DNA from: Batkoa obscura
Lineage: Eukaryota
Direction of reading: 5' to 3'
DNA: 64,000 nucleotides
Assembly: GCA_030770535.1 (NCBI GenBank)
Contig: JASVEC010000001.1
Location: forward strand, 2,418,001 to 2,482,000
Positions within the stretch are counted from its first letter, which is position 1, and each line of letters starts with the position of its first letter. Below the pieces are notes generated by a model. It saw only the letters and a program-made list of their open reading frames with translations. It was not told the DNA's origin and ran no database searches. Shown in pieces: positions 13,690 through 25,954 of this stretch. The position numbers were made by a program, and so were the translations under genes.

Positions 13690-15741
13690 TTAAAAGATAA
13701 GCTCATTACCAATGATAAATTGAATAAGTATCTCCCCAATAAAGAAAGGATCATTTGAAGGAGGAGACAATTTATTTAGCTCATTCGCTATCAAAAACTC
13801 ATTAAATGAAATTAATTTTTCTATTAACAATATAATATTAATATCATCTTCGTTACTTTTAAAATAATCTAAAAGTGGCTGGAACTTATAAATAATTGTT
13901 TGATCATGAAATGTGGTCAGTTTTATACTTTCTCTTTGTACAATACTACAAGCTATTATCTGAATTATAAATTTTAAAACACTATCACCTCCAAAAGCAC
14001 CACATCCCCATTTCCCTATATTAAACATTAATATAGTAATAACACACTATAATGAAATTTACCACTTATAATCCCATCGCTATTATTGAGATTACAATAC
14101 AAAGATGGATGAAATGAAATAATGGCCTTATTTAGTTCTCTTAATATAAAGTTTGCTTCGAATTGCTTAAAATAGTCCTTTTCTGAAAAATGATAAGCAT
14201 CCATACATATTATTTCACTTTCAAGACGATTATATTCATCACTTAACAAATAGTTATTAATAATTTTCTAGTAAATATTATCTTTATACCTTTTGCTTAA
14301 GTCTTTATAATTGCCATCATACTCTAGCTCATAACTATATCCTTTATAGCTATTATATCTTTCTACTCCTTTAACGCTTAACGCCTCATTATCTTTTAGC
14401 CTCTCAGTAAATAGACATCCCACTATCAATTCTGGATACATTAGAAATAATATTTCTTCTTGTACAGATCCCTATAATAAAATAATAATAAAATTGAATA
14501 TTGATAAAACATTATAATGCAATATTAAAGTACCTTTCTTAATACACCGCCACCAATATAGCAATTAGCAAAATTAACTTTAGCTAAATTTTGATTATTA
14601 TCTTCGATTAATTCATCATGAACTAACTCAATTTTTGGTAGTTTTAGATCAAAAAAGTCGCTTTTCACTTTATTTTTTTCACTTTCAATAAATTTTTGAG
14701 TTATTTTCATTTCTTTCAATAATACTTTACGATGAAATGTAATATATTTTGATTCTAGATCCAATTCTATTTAAACTATCTTAATACTAACATTATTATT
14801 AAATATTAAAGCTACCTTCTCCGCTTCGTCTAAAATAATTAAATAAAAATCGAAACTTTACTTTTCGAAGTTCATTACTAGATAAACCATCAGAATGAAT
14901 AGACAATAGCCATGTAAAATTAATCTTTGGAAAAAAGTTATACTCCGAATTAGTATAAACTATATTTCTATGTGGAAATAAACAAAAAAAGGCGCATGAC
15001 AATAAAGATACCACCTGTTAATGAAAAACTCATATAAATAATTAACGAAATAGAAGAAACTTACCTGTAAACTTGATAAAGTCATTGATGTATCCATTTG
15101 AGTTAATAACAGAGGAATAGGCAGTGGAAAAAGCTCATTGATTAATAAAGCAAACTTTGCGATCAATGGTATAATTATTAAATCATTTTCATTTTCTTCG
15201 AGATAATTCAATAAACCTTTAATATGCTCAATCTTTCGACTATTTTTATATAACTTAGAGTTCAAAAGTGGGTATGGGTCGCTTTCTTTATTATCTAATA
15301 TTGTAAATGCTTCCTATTATTTATCTATTAGTTTTAAGGAACGCTATATAAATCAATTTACTATTATATCATTAATTATAATTTTGTCTCCTTTCATACT
15401 TATTTTAGTTAATGCGACATTAATACGTGGCCATTTTTGGTTTCCTTAAAAAGATTAACTTTTTTTGGATTATCATATATATTTGATTTACCTTTAGAAT
15501 CCCTATTATGAAAAGAACAAGGCAACTTAACAAATTTATTATTCCAACAATCTGAAGAAATGGGTAAAAATAACTGGTTCTTGTTGTTTTTGATTTGCTT
15601 TATTAGTTTATATTTCATTTTTGATTCATTTTCTTCTCCTTCATCGTCTCCTTCTCTTTGTTTCTTTTCATCTTTTTTTTCTTCTTTATTTTCTCGTTTT
15701 ATTCTAGGAAAATTGATTTTTGTTTGTATACCTTCACCCAT
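13690..15741 (-). CDS. PARG: Canonical (metazoan/plant-type) poly(ADP-ribose) glycohydrolase, multi-exon
   Basis: WNNKFVKLPCS, SLLSCAFFCLFP, VNFANCYIGGGVLRK|GSVQEEILFLMYPELIVGCLFTE.L.DNE, CMDAYHF, QF...FILRELNKA, GKWGCGAFGGD..LKFIIQ. Confidence 0.9.
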
Positions 15742-15913
15742 TTCTTTTTTAAAATAAACCTTAATCCTACGTCACTTGAAAAAGTTCCATTTATTTATAT
15801 ACAATAATTGTGCAAAAACAGTGCAAAAGTAAAATGTAAAAAACATTAAAGCCTTGAGTAGCTCTTCTTTTTATTTAGTATTAAACTATTTTTTTAAAAA
15901 TATTAGAAATAAG

Positions 15914-16760
15914 ATGTTTCCAGATACTATCCACATGGATATTAAAAATTTGTTAATAAAAGAATTGGATAACTTTGAATTTCCAAATGATTATTTAGAA
16001 TTAAATAATCCAACAACTAATGGTAAAATGACTTCGGTTTCAACAAGTACAGAAGAACTTAGGGATTCCATTCAAACCATGTCAATAAAAGAGGGACAAG
16101 AAAAAAAAGAAACAGAAGAAAAAGAAAGTGAGAAGAAACAAAATGAAACAGACGAGAAAGAAGGAAACGAGGAAGAAAATGAAGAAGTAAAAGTAAACCT
16201 AAAAGATGAAGAAGTAATAATAATAAAAGAAAATGATGAAGAAGTCAAAGATTTGGATGCATATTTAGGAGAAGAAATAAAAGATGTGAAATCGATTTCA
16301 ACAGATGCAATAAATAATAACTCTCAGTTAAAAAATAAAAGTTATACTGAATTAGAATTAGAATACTTATCCTTAGAAAACAAAGATAAAAACTTAAAAG
16401 CTAAACAATTGGCGGGGCTAATTGAAGAACTTATCCTAGGTAATTCAAAACTTTATCTTCACTTAATTATTGATCATTTGTCTTAGGGTATAATATTGAA
16501 AGATACAAATATATTGTACAAGTTAATTTATTTCAAAATAAAGGCCATGGAACAATGTAAGTTATTTTTAAATCAAAGGATTCTATTTTAATGTTGTTTA
16601 GTATGGATAGTGCCATGTTTTGGGATACTGAAAAAGATAAAATGATTCAAGAAACATATAAAAAAGTAAATCATTTAACATTTATTTTTATTTAGTCATT
16701 TACTTGTTTTAGGAGGATTTTATTTGCACTGTTGTTATATTTGCTCTTTACTATAATTGA
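15914..16760 (+). CDS. Tctex-1 domain dynein light chain-like protein with long acidic insert
   Basis: Spliced C-terminus YNIERYKYIVQVNLFQNKGHGTIMDSAMFWDTEKDKMIQETYKKEDFICTVVIFALYYN*; N-terminal FPDTIHMDIKNLLIKELDN resembles helix 1. 5' end uncertain. Confidence 0.75.
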
Positions 16761-18804
16761 ATAAATCATTTTGAATTTACTGGTATTGTTTTTATTGTTT
16801 TAACTAAAAATCGAATGATCATAGCACGCAAAAAGGATATAGAATAAATTAGCAAGTGAAAGGTTTAATGTGGAAGAACAAAATAAACTAAATTATATAA
16901 ACCAGAATAGAAAAATACAATTAAAAGCAATTTTGGTTAAAGTGTTTTATTGTTTGCTTCATTTCTTTTGATGGTTTAATATTATCATTAGTACATTTAT
17001 TGTTAATTTATACGGAAATATAACAACTAAAACATAAAACCGTAAGCAGATTTTTAAATTATTGTTTAGATAATTTCAAATCATTCCTAGATAGATTATC
17101 AGGGAACCAAATTGGCAAGGAATGTATACCAATTAAGTTAAAAAGGCCGATTATTTACTCTTACGCTTATAATAGCTCATCAAGATCAATTGAATAATTA
17201 AATGTGGTCTCTTCAATGATATAATCATTTTCTGGATTGATATCTAATGGAAATAGGGTAGAGTGTTCAGATGTCGTCGAAATACTATTTGGAACTGAGT
17301 CTTTCTAAATGGATCGCATGATCTCTTACCCAGCTCCTATACTGTAGGAACGATTCAGCTTGAATTTAATAACTAATGGTGCATTCTCAACATCAAAAGT
17401 TGCCACAATAGTGTGCCAGTCTTTATGATTGAATTCATTATAACTACTTTATTAAAAAACAAGGTGACCATTTAATAGACTAATTACACTATATCTTAAT
17501 AGCTGAAGTGTAAGGGTATCTAATAGGCCTACATCTTAAGCATTTAACATATGGCTCGTTATATCTAACAACATTTATACTTTGGGATATTTGATCTGTC
17601 ATTTAGATAGGCTATTGATTCCTTCTATCTTTGTTCTGTTCATTTATTTTTTCACAAAATCATCTACCAAAAAAGAAAATCTCTTAAAAATAGACTAATG
17701 CAAAAAATAAAAAAATAAACAATATACAGCGTACAATGCTTATTGTTCAAAAAGCCTAATTTTTACATTTTTTAAACCTATATGCAATTTAAATGGTTGG
17801 CAAACAATGAGGGACACTACTTATAAAGCTCACTTAATAAAACCAAGTTAAATATTTTGAAGAACAAACATTAGTTTTTATGAAGTTTTTAGGATTTATT
17901 TCGAATTTTTTATAATAGATGCTTAAACATCTAAAAGAAAGTGTCTATAAATAGCAAATTGTTAAAATCTAGTGAAGTCATTGTTTTTACTAACAAAAAT
18001 TTTATTTTGTAGATTTACTATAGTAAATCTATGTCATACAGCTTTGGTCAACTTTTCATACAAGAGAAGCTTGTTTTTCTATCATTTAAACATCTAAATG
18101 TCCAGAAATGCTATGGTAATTTTTTTTTAAATAAAGCTGTTCTTAGTGACGTTTTGTTATAATCTTTACTTTGTTTTAAAAAGTAATGAATTGAAATAAC
18201 TTTCAGTGTAATATCTATTTTACAAATAGCTTCTTACAACCGGATCTTTACAAACTGCCCTTATACAGTGTTTATTTTCCTGATTAAAATAGTTATATAA
18301 TATTGTTATTTAGAATTCTTATGTATGTTTTTGAAAGAATAGCAAGTTCTAGAACCTTGAAATTAAAAAAGTGGGGAATTGGGTGGTCAAAATTTTCCTT
18401 GATTTCTTCAACAATTATAAATTTCCTTAAACTGATACTATGGTGAGTTAAATTTGATATAATTTTAATCATACTTTTATTATATCATAAAAACTAAATA
18501 GCTTAAACTTTTTCTCATATACTTTGAGTGGCTATTTATTATATTATAGAAATAAAAGAGCCTCCTTTTGAACCCAACTTTTTACTTAGTATATTGAAAG
18601 GTTTAAGTTAAAAATTAATGGATTAAAATAATGAAATTTAACAGTGACACAATAAGCTAACTACTAAAATTGTAAATTATAAATGGCAGGGAAAGATGCT
18701 TAAACTGTCGGAATCAAGAAATAATATAAACTCGGTGATTTGAGAAAAAAATAAATTAGAAAAAAGGAAAATAATATACTCATAAATAAACCTGCATAAT
18801 AAAA

Positions 18805-19980
18805 ATGGCAGACCATAAATTAGAAATAAAAAATGAAGATATCACGGATGATAACGGAGTTATGATAGAAAGTGGAGATCACAAACTTCAAGGCAACGAT
18901 AATAAAGAGATAGCTCAAGTTTTAAATAAACTTAGTATATTAGATAAGCTTTTACCCATCCTTATTGCGCTAGCCATAACCTTGGGGCTTTTGCTCGGTA
19001 ACTTCGTACCCAATGTAAAGGTTGTAGCTGAACTAGTGCAAGTTGATGGAGTTTCTTTACCAGTATGTATAGGTTTAATCTGGATGATGTTTCCAGTGCT
19101 TGCTAAAGTGAACTATGAGTTGATACCTTCTTTATTAACATCCAAGATACTATGGAAGCAATTGGTTATGTCTCTAGTTATTAATTGGTTACTTGGTCCT
19201 ACTCTGATGACTCTTTTAGCTTGGTTAACGTTACCTGACTTACCAGAGTATAGAACGGGTATCATTTTGGTTGGTATTGCTAGATGTATTGCTATGGTAT
19301 TGATTTGGAATACTTTGGCTGGTGGTCACTCAGAATATTGTGCTATTTTGGTAGCTATCAACTCCATTTTACAAATTGCTTTATATGGTCCATTAGCTAT
19401 ACTTATCATTAAGATTATACCAGAATCATTAAACCTTGAGTCAAGTGAAATCAACATTGAATTATGGACTGTGGTTAAAGGAGTCTTGATTTACCTTGGT
19501 ATACCTTTGTTATTGGGAATAGTAACCCGATATACTTTACTTTACTTTAAAGGTAGAAAATGGTACAATGAAAGATTTCTTCCAAAGTTTGGGCCTGCTT
19601 CCTTATTGGGTTTACTATTTACTATCGTTATTTTATTTGCTATACAAGGTAAAGAAGTTATTCAAAATCCTAGTAACGTAGCTAGATTAGCAGTCCCTTT
19701 GATCCTCTATTTTTTTATAATCTTTTTCAGCACCTTTTTTATGTCATATTTACTTAATATACCTTATGAAATAGCTGTTACTCAGTCTTTTACTGCCTCT
19801 GGTAATAACTTTGAACTTGCTATCGCCATCTGTATTGGTACCTTTGGTGTCAGCTCCCCACAAGCTTTAGGAGCTGTAATCGGTCCTTTGATTGAAGTAC
19901 CAGTTCTATTAATATTAGTTTATGTTTCATTATTCTTTAAGAAGTTTTATCAAAGGAAAATAGCAGCAAAATTAAATTAA
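18805..19980 (+). CDS. ACR3: Arsenite efflux transporter, Acr3 family (intronless)
   Basis: ~10 TM helices; GIARCIAMVLIWN.LAGG..EYCAILVAINSILQ, GNNFELAIA, GPLIEVPVL. Confidence 0.95.
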   Translation: MADHKLEIKNEDITDDNGVMIESGDHKLQGNDNKEIAQVLNKLSILDKLLPILIALAITLGLLLGNFVPNVKVVAELVQVDGVSLPVCIGLIWMMFPVLAKVNYELIPSLLTSKILWKQLVMSLVINWLLGPTLMTLLAWLTLPDLPEYRTGIILVGIARCIAMVLIWNTLAGGHSEYCAILVAINSILQIALYGPLAILIIKIIPESLNLESSEINIELWTVVKGVLIYLGIPLLLGIVTRYTLLYFKGRKWYNERFLPKFGPASLLGLLFTIVILFAIQGKEVIQNPSNVARLAVPLILYFFIIFFSTFFMSYLLNIPYEIAVTQSFTASGNNFELAIAICIGTFGVSSPQALGAVIGPLIEVPVLLILVYVSLFFKKFYQRKIAAKLN

Positions 19981-20105
19981 ATAATTTTAATAGGAGCTTT
20001 AAATTCTATTTATTAAAGTTTCGATAAAATAAAGATTAAATTATATTGACATATATGTTATATTGATTATAAAGTATTTAAAAACTTTTGTCGCTATTAA
20101 TGTTT

Positions 20106-20651
20106 CTACTTTTTTAAAAATTGGAATAATTCTTCAAGGGGATGCTCTATTCCATTTTGTAAACTAGTTGAAAAATTTTGCTGTATTTGACTAACTAAAT
20201 CTATTTGTTTTTTAGCGTTCTTAGTTGGATTACTACCATCATCATAATCTAATATATCATTTAGTATCTCTATAACCTTATCTTTTTTTAATATTTTGTT
20301 TAACTCTTCTGAATTAAGTTTATTTTCCATCTCTTCTACTGGTATAAAGTCCTCTTCATCCAAACCTTCCCTTATCTTTTGTATAGTACTCTCTGATAGC
20401 TTTATCTTTGCTTTAGTTTTGTTCTCATCTAATTTCCTTTTTTTGACTAAATTATTACATAGTTAGCTCAATTCAATAGATATTTGGGATTTATTACCTT
20501 CAATTACTTTTATACATGGGGTTTCTTTATGAACTTTAAAGCATATAACAGAACAATAGTTTATTAAACAGTTTGGGCACTTATATTTCTTATCGTTTGT
20601 TTTACATATTATACATTTTTCAGTTGAAGTGGTAGTGTTATTGTTAGACAT
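20106..20651 (-). CDS. zf-HIT protein (Hit1/ZNHIT3-like box C/D snoRNP assembly factor)
   Basis: CIIC....KYKCPNCLINYCSVICFKVHKETPC; one intron; L.NSEELNKILK C-terminal helical part. Confidence 0.75.
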
Positions 20652-20806
20652 TTATAAAATTAAATAAAAATAAAAAGAGACAACCAAATCATCAAACTTT
20701 AAATTTCAAAGTGAAATTATTTGCCAAAAATGAGTTTAAAATCGAACTTTTGGAAAAATTAGTTTACGTTTTTATAAACTTCAATATTTTAAATTAAGAA
20801 AGAGGG

Positions 20807-23800
20807 ATGGATGAGCATTGGAAAGAGATAAATGAAGAACATAAAAAAATATTAAATTATATAAAAAATGATTGGTATGAAGAAACTGAAGTAAGCTCAG
20901 TCATATATTTTAGACTTTAATATAATTTTTTATAGAACTCATTAAATGATGAAATATCAATAGACTTTATCAACTTACCAATAAACTTAGATCATAACGA
21001 AACAAGAGATACAATTTTGTAATTTGTTTATTTTTATTTTATTTTATTTTAAATTTTAAATTGTGCTTTAAAGTGATGAAAGTGAAGTATTCAACCCAGA
21101 TAAGGTATATTTCTTACTCATTTATTTGATACAAACTAACAAAATAAAAGAGTAATGGAAGCATAAACACAAATGCTTACAGTGATTTTGGCCATATGGG
21201 TGATTTAGCTTCAATATATAGTGAATCTGTTTTTTATGAAAGAACCCAAGTTCATCTAGTAAGTTAATATTTATTTTTAAGTATATTTATTTATTACATA
21301 GTCTCCTACAATGAAAAATCGAACTCCACAAGTTAATAAAAGTAAACCCTTCAATAAAAATAAAGATGAAAAGATGGAAAGAGGCATCTCCAACTTTAAG
21401 CAAATATTTTCAAGCCCATTGAATAGTAATCAAATAGAAAGTTTAAACTATAATACAGATATTCCATATCAAAGTAATAAATTACAACAAGAGCTATCCA
21501 TTTCCCCTTCAATTCAACGAGTTGATGATTATATTAGTAGCAACCACAAGAGAGATACAGAGTTTCAAATCTTTAGGTCCTCTTCTCCGATCAATTATGA
21601 TGAAACAAATAAAGAGAGCAAAAATACTAAAAGTGAATTAGGGCCATTCTCATCATTAAAAGAAAAGTTATATCATAATCAAGATGAGAATATTAATATA
21701 AATTTTCAGAATCAAAGGAACCAAAATATTGATTTTATTAAACCAACGAATAACAATTATGTTTCTGATTCTGAATTAAATGACATTGAACAAAAAATAA
21801 AAAATATAAATTATGATGAAAGTAATAGTAATAATAAGAGCCAACATAACTCAGATTTATTTTCAAGTGAAGGATATGTAGAAGTAATTAATATAAATAA
21901 AGGAAATAAAGAGGATCAATCTCAACCTCAATTGACAAGTGATGCTTATGAAGAAGTCATTAAAATTAGTAATAAAGAAACAAACAATCAAGATGATACG
22001 TTTGAAGCTATTAATTATGATTTAAAAGATCAAATATTAAATTATCCCAACTTAAATGAGCTTGCTGAGCTATGGAACAATAATAATAGTATTTCAACTA
22101 AAAAATCAAATGAACTAAACCAGTTAATTTTATATGGTAAATATAATTTAGAATACAATAACAATAAATACTTAATAGATATTTATATAATGTTTAAATA
22201 GCATATGAAAGAAATTTATACAGAAAAAAGGACACGTTATTATTGTACTTTACATGTTGGAAACAATTATATCAAACATATTCTAGGAAATTAAATTTTA
22301 TATCAGTAATATTTATTATTTATCATTTAAGTCGTAGAATTATTAACTTTTATTAGTTGAAACTGGCAAATAAAACTAAAAGAAAATATTTTGGAATATG
22401 GAAACAAATATACATCAATAGTGAACCTAATAGATTAAAGAGAAAGTGAGAGTTTATACTTTGATTTGCTTTGATATTAAAAATTGAATAGGGAAGAAGA
22501 AGAAAATAAAGCGAGAATAGAAAAAGAACTAAAAGAACTAAAATTACTAGAAAATATTTTTTCTGTTGAACCTAATACTAGCTTTAATGAAGAGAGAGGT
22601 GTTACAGAACAAGATAAGATTGATACTATTATAACTGGGGAATCGGTAATAATACATGATTGGGGTAATTTTTGATACTATTTAGATAATAATAAATATT
22701 TAAATATAGTAGATGAATCTTTTAGTAAAACCAATGATCGTAATAACGAGCGAAACACCATTGGAGATAAAAGAATAAATATATTCAATTCAACAGAAAT
22801 ACAGCATGCCAATAATAACGATAATATTGCCAAACAGGATAATGATTATGTTGGACCAGACTATATACTGCAAAGTGAAAACAATGCTCAATACAATGAT
22901 TCAAGTGATAATTCAAGGACAATGCAATATTGTGAAGCAATGCTTTCTTCTTATCTTAGTCGCAAAAATAGGTTTCTTGTTATAAAAATGGTTATTTTAT
23001 GGAGAAGGAAGCTAAAAGAACAGTTTGAGGTAAATTTAGCTTATTATAAAAGTACAAAATACTAATCTTCCTAAAGGATGCAAAAAGAACCAACTATTTT
23101 ATAGTTAATAGAAATCTTTTTAAATGGTATCAATATTTTAAACAAATTCAATATGCTCAACATAGAATTCAGCATACGCGTTTATCTATATTATATAGTA
23201 ATATTCATACTAGTTATTAATTATCAAAGTTAAAATTGATTTTATTTAGACAAATTTGGTAAAGGGCTAGAAAATTGTATTAAAGTCAAAAGAATGGAAC
23301 CAATTGCTAAAGAAATGGTTGAACGTCGAATAAAAAGTAAATTTAAAATAATGTTTTAATTATGATTAACAGCATTTATTAGGTTCCTATTTTGACTTAT
23401 TAAAAAACAGGTTTATTGGAATTCAACAATGTAAACAAAAGTGCTTGTAATTTATTTTTTATTTTTATTATTGTAATAATATTAATTATTTGACTTAGGC
23501 TTTTCCATAAAAATAAGGAATTAAAGGAAGTTGAAACAAAATATATGTTAATGAAAAGGATGTTTGAGTTGTGGAAAGAGCATTTAGAGTCCAATAAAGT
23601 ACAAAGGAGATTACAAAGATTAACTATGGATGAGTCTAGTTCAAATAGATTTAGTTCTTTTAATTGGGCAAGTTCTTTTTTGGTTAGAAATGATAATAAT
23701 ATAAATTTAAAACCTTATAATTGGAATAATGTAAACCCAACTAAACAGTTGGGAGTCCAGAAGCAAAAAATTAGTAATTATAAAGACGCTTTGATAAATA

Positions 23801-24806
23801 ATAATCAAAATAATATAGAATGTAGTGAATGGTATATTTTAGCAATAAAAATAGCAGATGAATATCGAATAAGAAGGTAATAAATAAACTATAAGTAATA
23901 TTGTAATAGTTAATAGTATTTTTTAGTATAATTACTCGAACTTTACAACGTTGGAGTAGATTACACCGACAATATTTAATATTTAATGTGATAGTAAAAA
24001 ATCCTAACATGGCATTACCATTTTTGAAAAGGATAAATGACAATGATAGTGCTGAAAGTGCTATTAAAGCTATGATTGTAATTTCAAATCCAACGATAAA
24101 AACAAGCCGAGAAAACTTGTTTAATTACAGTACGGAGAAACCAAACAAGATTAAAAAAAAAATACTTAATAAATTAATTAGTAAATATAAAGAAAATAAG
24201 CAAGTAATTAATTCTAATTTAATTTAACTTGATTTTTTTAAATTAAATGATTGCTTTATAGAATAAAATTTTGGCGGAAGAGTTTGCCTTAAAGGCATTT
24301 AAAAAAATGATGCTTTTACGTTGGAAGGATCAAGTATTAAATAGAAAAGGTAAGTTAAAATTTAATCTATAAATATTAATATTTAATTTTGATATAATAT
24401 TAGTCGATAGATTATTTGATTTAACAATAAAGCCTCAGTTACAATATGAATTAGATCATAGTTATAACAATATTGATAATGAGTCTATGAAAAAGAAACA
24501 TTTACTAAAAAAAATGATTTTATTTTGGCGCAAACAATTAATTCAATATAAGTCTTTAGAAAAGCAATCTTTAGCTCAAAGAGAACATTATCTCTTTAAA
24601 GCTCATTTTCATATTTGGTTAGCTCAATTAAATCAAATTAATTTTAATAAAAAGACTAAAATGGTAAATGGATACTATTTGTTTAATGACGTATTATTAA
24701 TATTATAATTTGGTAGCTAAAAGCAGAGAATATTGGAAACCAAATCGCTATTCAAAGGACCTTTGTATTATGGTATAATTATGCAAAGAAAAAGAAACAG
24801 GAATAA
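20807..24806 (+). CDS. Sfi1-like centrin-binding spindle pole body protein, many exons
   Basis: Low-complexity N-terminus, then recurring Trp repeats: KMVILWRRKL, NLFKWYQYF, KRMFELWKEHL, RTLQRWSRLH, KMMLLRWKDQV, KKMILFWRKQL, KAHFHIWLAQL, QRTFVLWYNY. Exon boundaries approximate. Confidence 0.65.
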
Positions 24807-25032
24807 GTTGAAAATAAGTTATTAATTTAATAAAAGTGATTGAAGTTTAGGGCATCTGTTTTATAATTTTTTGTTAAATTAATATAAAATTATTACTTAT
24901 TTTCATATAAAAATGGGGTTTTAAATTACTATTAAATTTAGTTCACAAATTTCAATTTCAGCAAATAAAGTAAGCTTCAACAATAAAAGACCAAAAACTC
25001 AAATTTTCTACTTTATACTTTTTAAAAATAAA

Positions 25033-25414
25033 ATGGATAAGTCATTACAAAACAGAGGGAATGAATTGACTAAAATGGATCAATTGTATAAACTAAGGAT
25101 TGAAACCCTTGAAGAGTATAAGAGGTTATTACTTACTTTCAATCATGTAACTAGCTCAAATAATTTTGCAAATTTATAAATTTAAAATTAATTCGACTTA
25201 GATCAATGACCGATTAGTAGCCGTCAATCGAGACGAACTACCCGGTATAACAGCCACATTAAGAAATATGGAACGGCGTTTAGGATTGGTGATGACTAGT
25301 TTTAAATCTGCAGTTTATGGAGTACACCGAAACTTTGAAAGAGATTTACAACGTAAAGCTTTGGATATTGATCGTGGACTTGGGGATTTTAAAACTAATC
25401 GTCCAGAATTATAA
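25033..25414 (+). CDS. DAD3: DASH/Dam1 kinetochore complex subunit Dad3 (2 exons; absent from ORF track)
   Basis: ETLEEYKRLLLTFNH|INDRL...LRNMERRLGLVMTSFKSAVYGV matches the Dad3 pattern (L.EY..L; LR.LERK.GLV.T.FKASVY); intron 25147-25201. Confidence 0.8.
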
Positions 25415-25954
25415 GTTGAAAATTCTACTTTTTTATTGTTTATAAAGATTAAATGTGTAAATTATGGAGCTTTTTTTATCATAGGTTAAGCAAGGCTTTT
25501 TTATCAAATTATACTTAACTAATATTCATATTGTTGATCGTAAAAAATAAAAATTAATATTTAATGTAAATTTACAACTGAGGTTTCTATTATACAGAAG
25601 GAAAAAATTGAAAGTTTTAAGGTATCTCTACTTTGAAGCTCAATTTCAAAGGGTGATTTTTATTATTCGTTATAAATAATGGCAATAAATGACCATAATG
25701 ATTTTATATATTTGTTTCTATTAGCTATATCTATTTCATAATCTTAACTCGACATTTTTCACATATTTGACCCATTAATAGCAATCTAATTTTATATAAA
25801 TTAACATTTAATAAATTGAAACCAAAAAAAACAGTTTCCAATTTGCAAACGAGTGCAATATTTGCAATCTTAAACCAATAGGTTATTACCAACGCGAGGG
25901 TTCCAAAATTAATACTAAAGAACAAAGTGGCAATAAGGTTTGATTATTTTTAGG

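Noticed and set aside
17168..17643. In-frame stops as evidence of recoding, selenocysteine or an alternative genetic code
   Set aside because: Stops are a mix of TAA/TAG/TGA, and conserved genes in the window terminate normally at all three codons.
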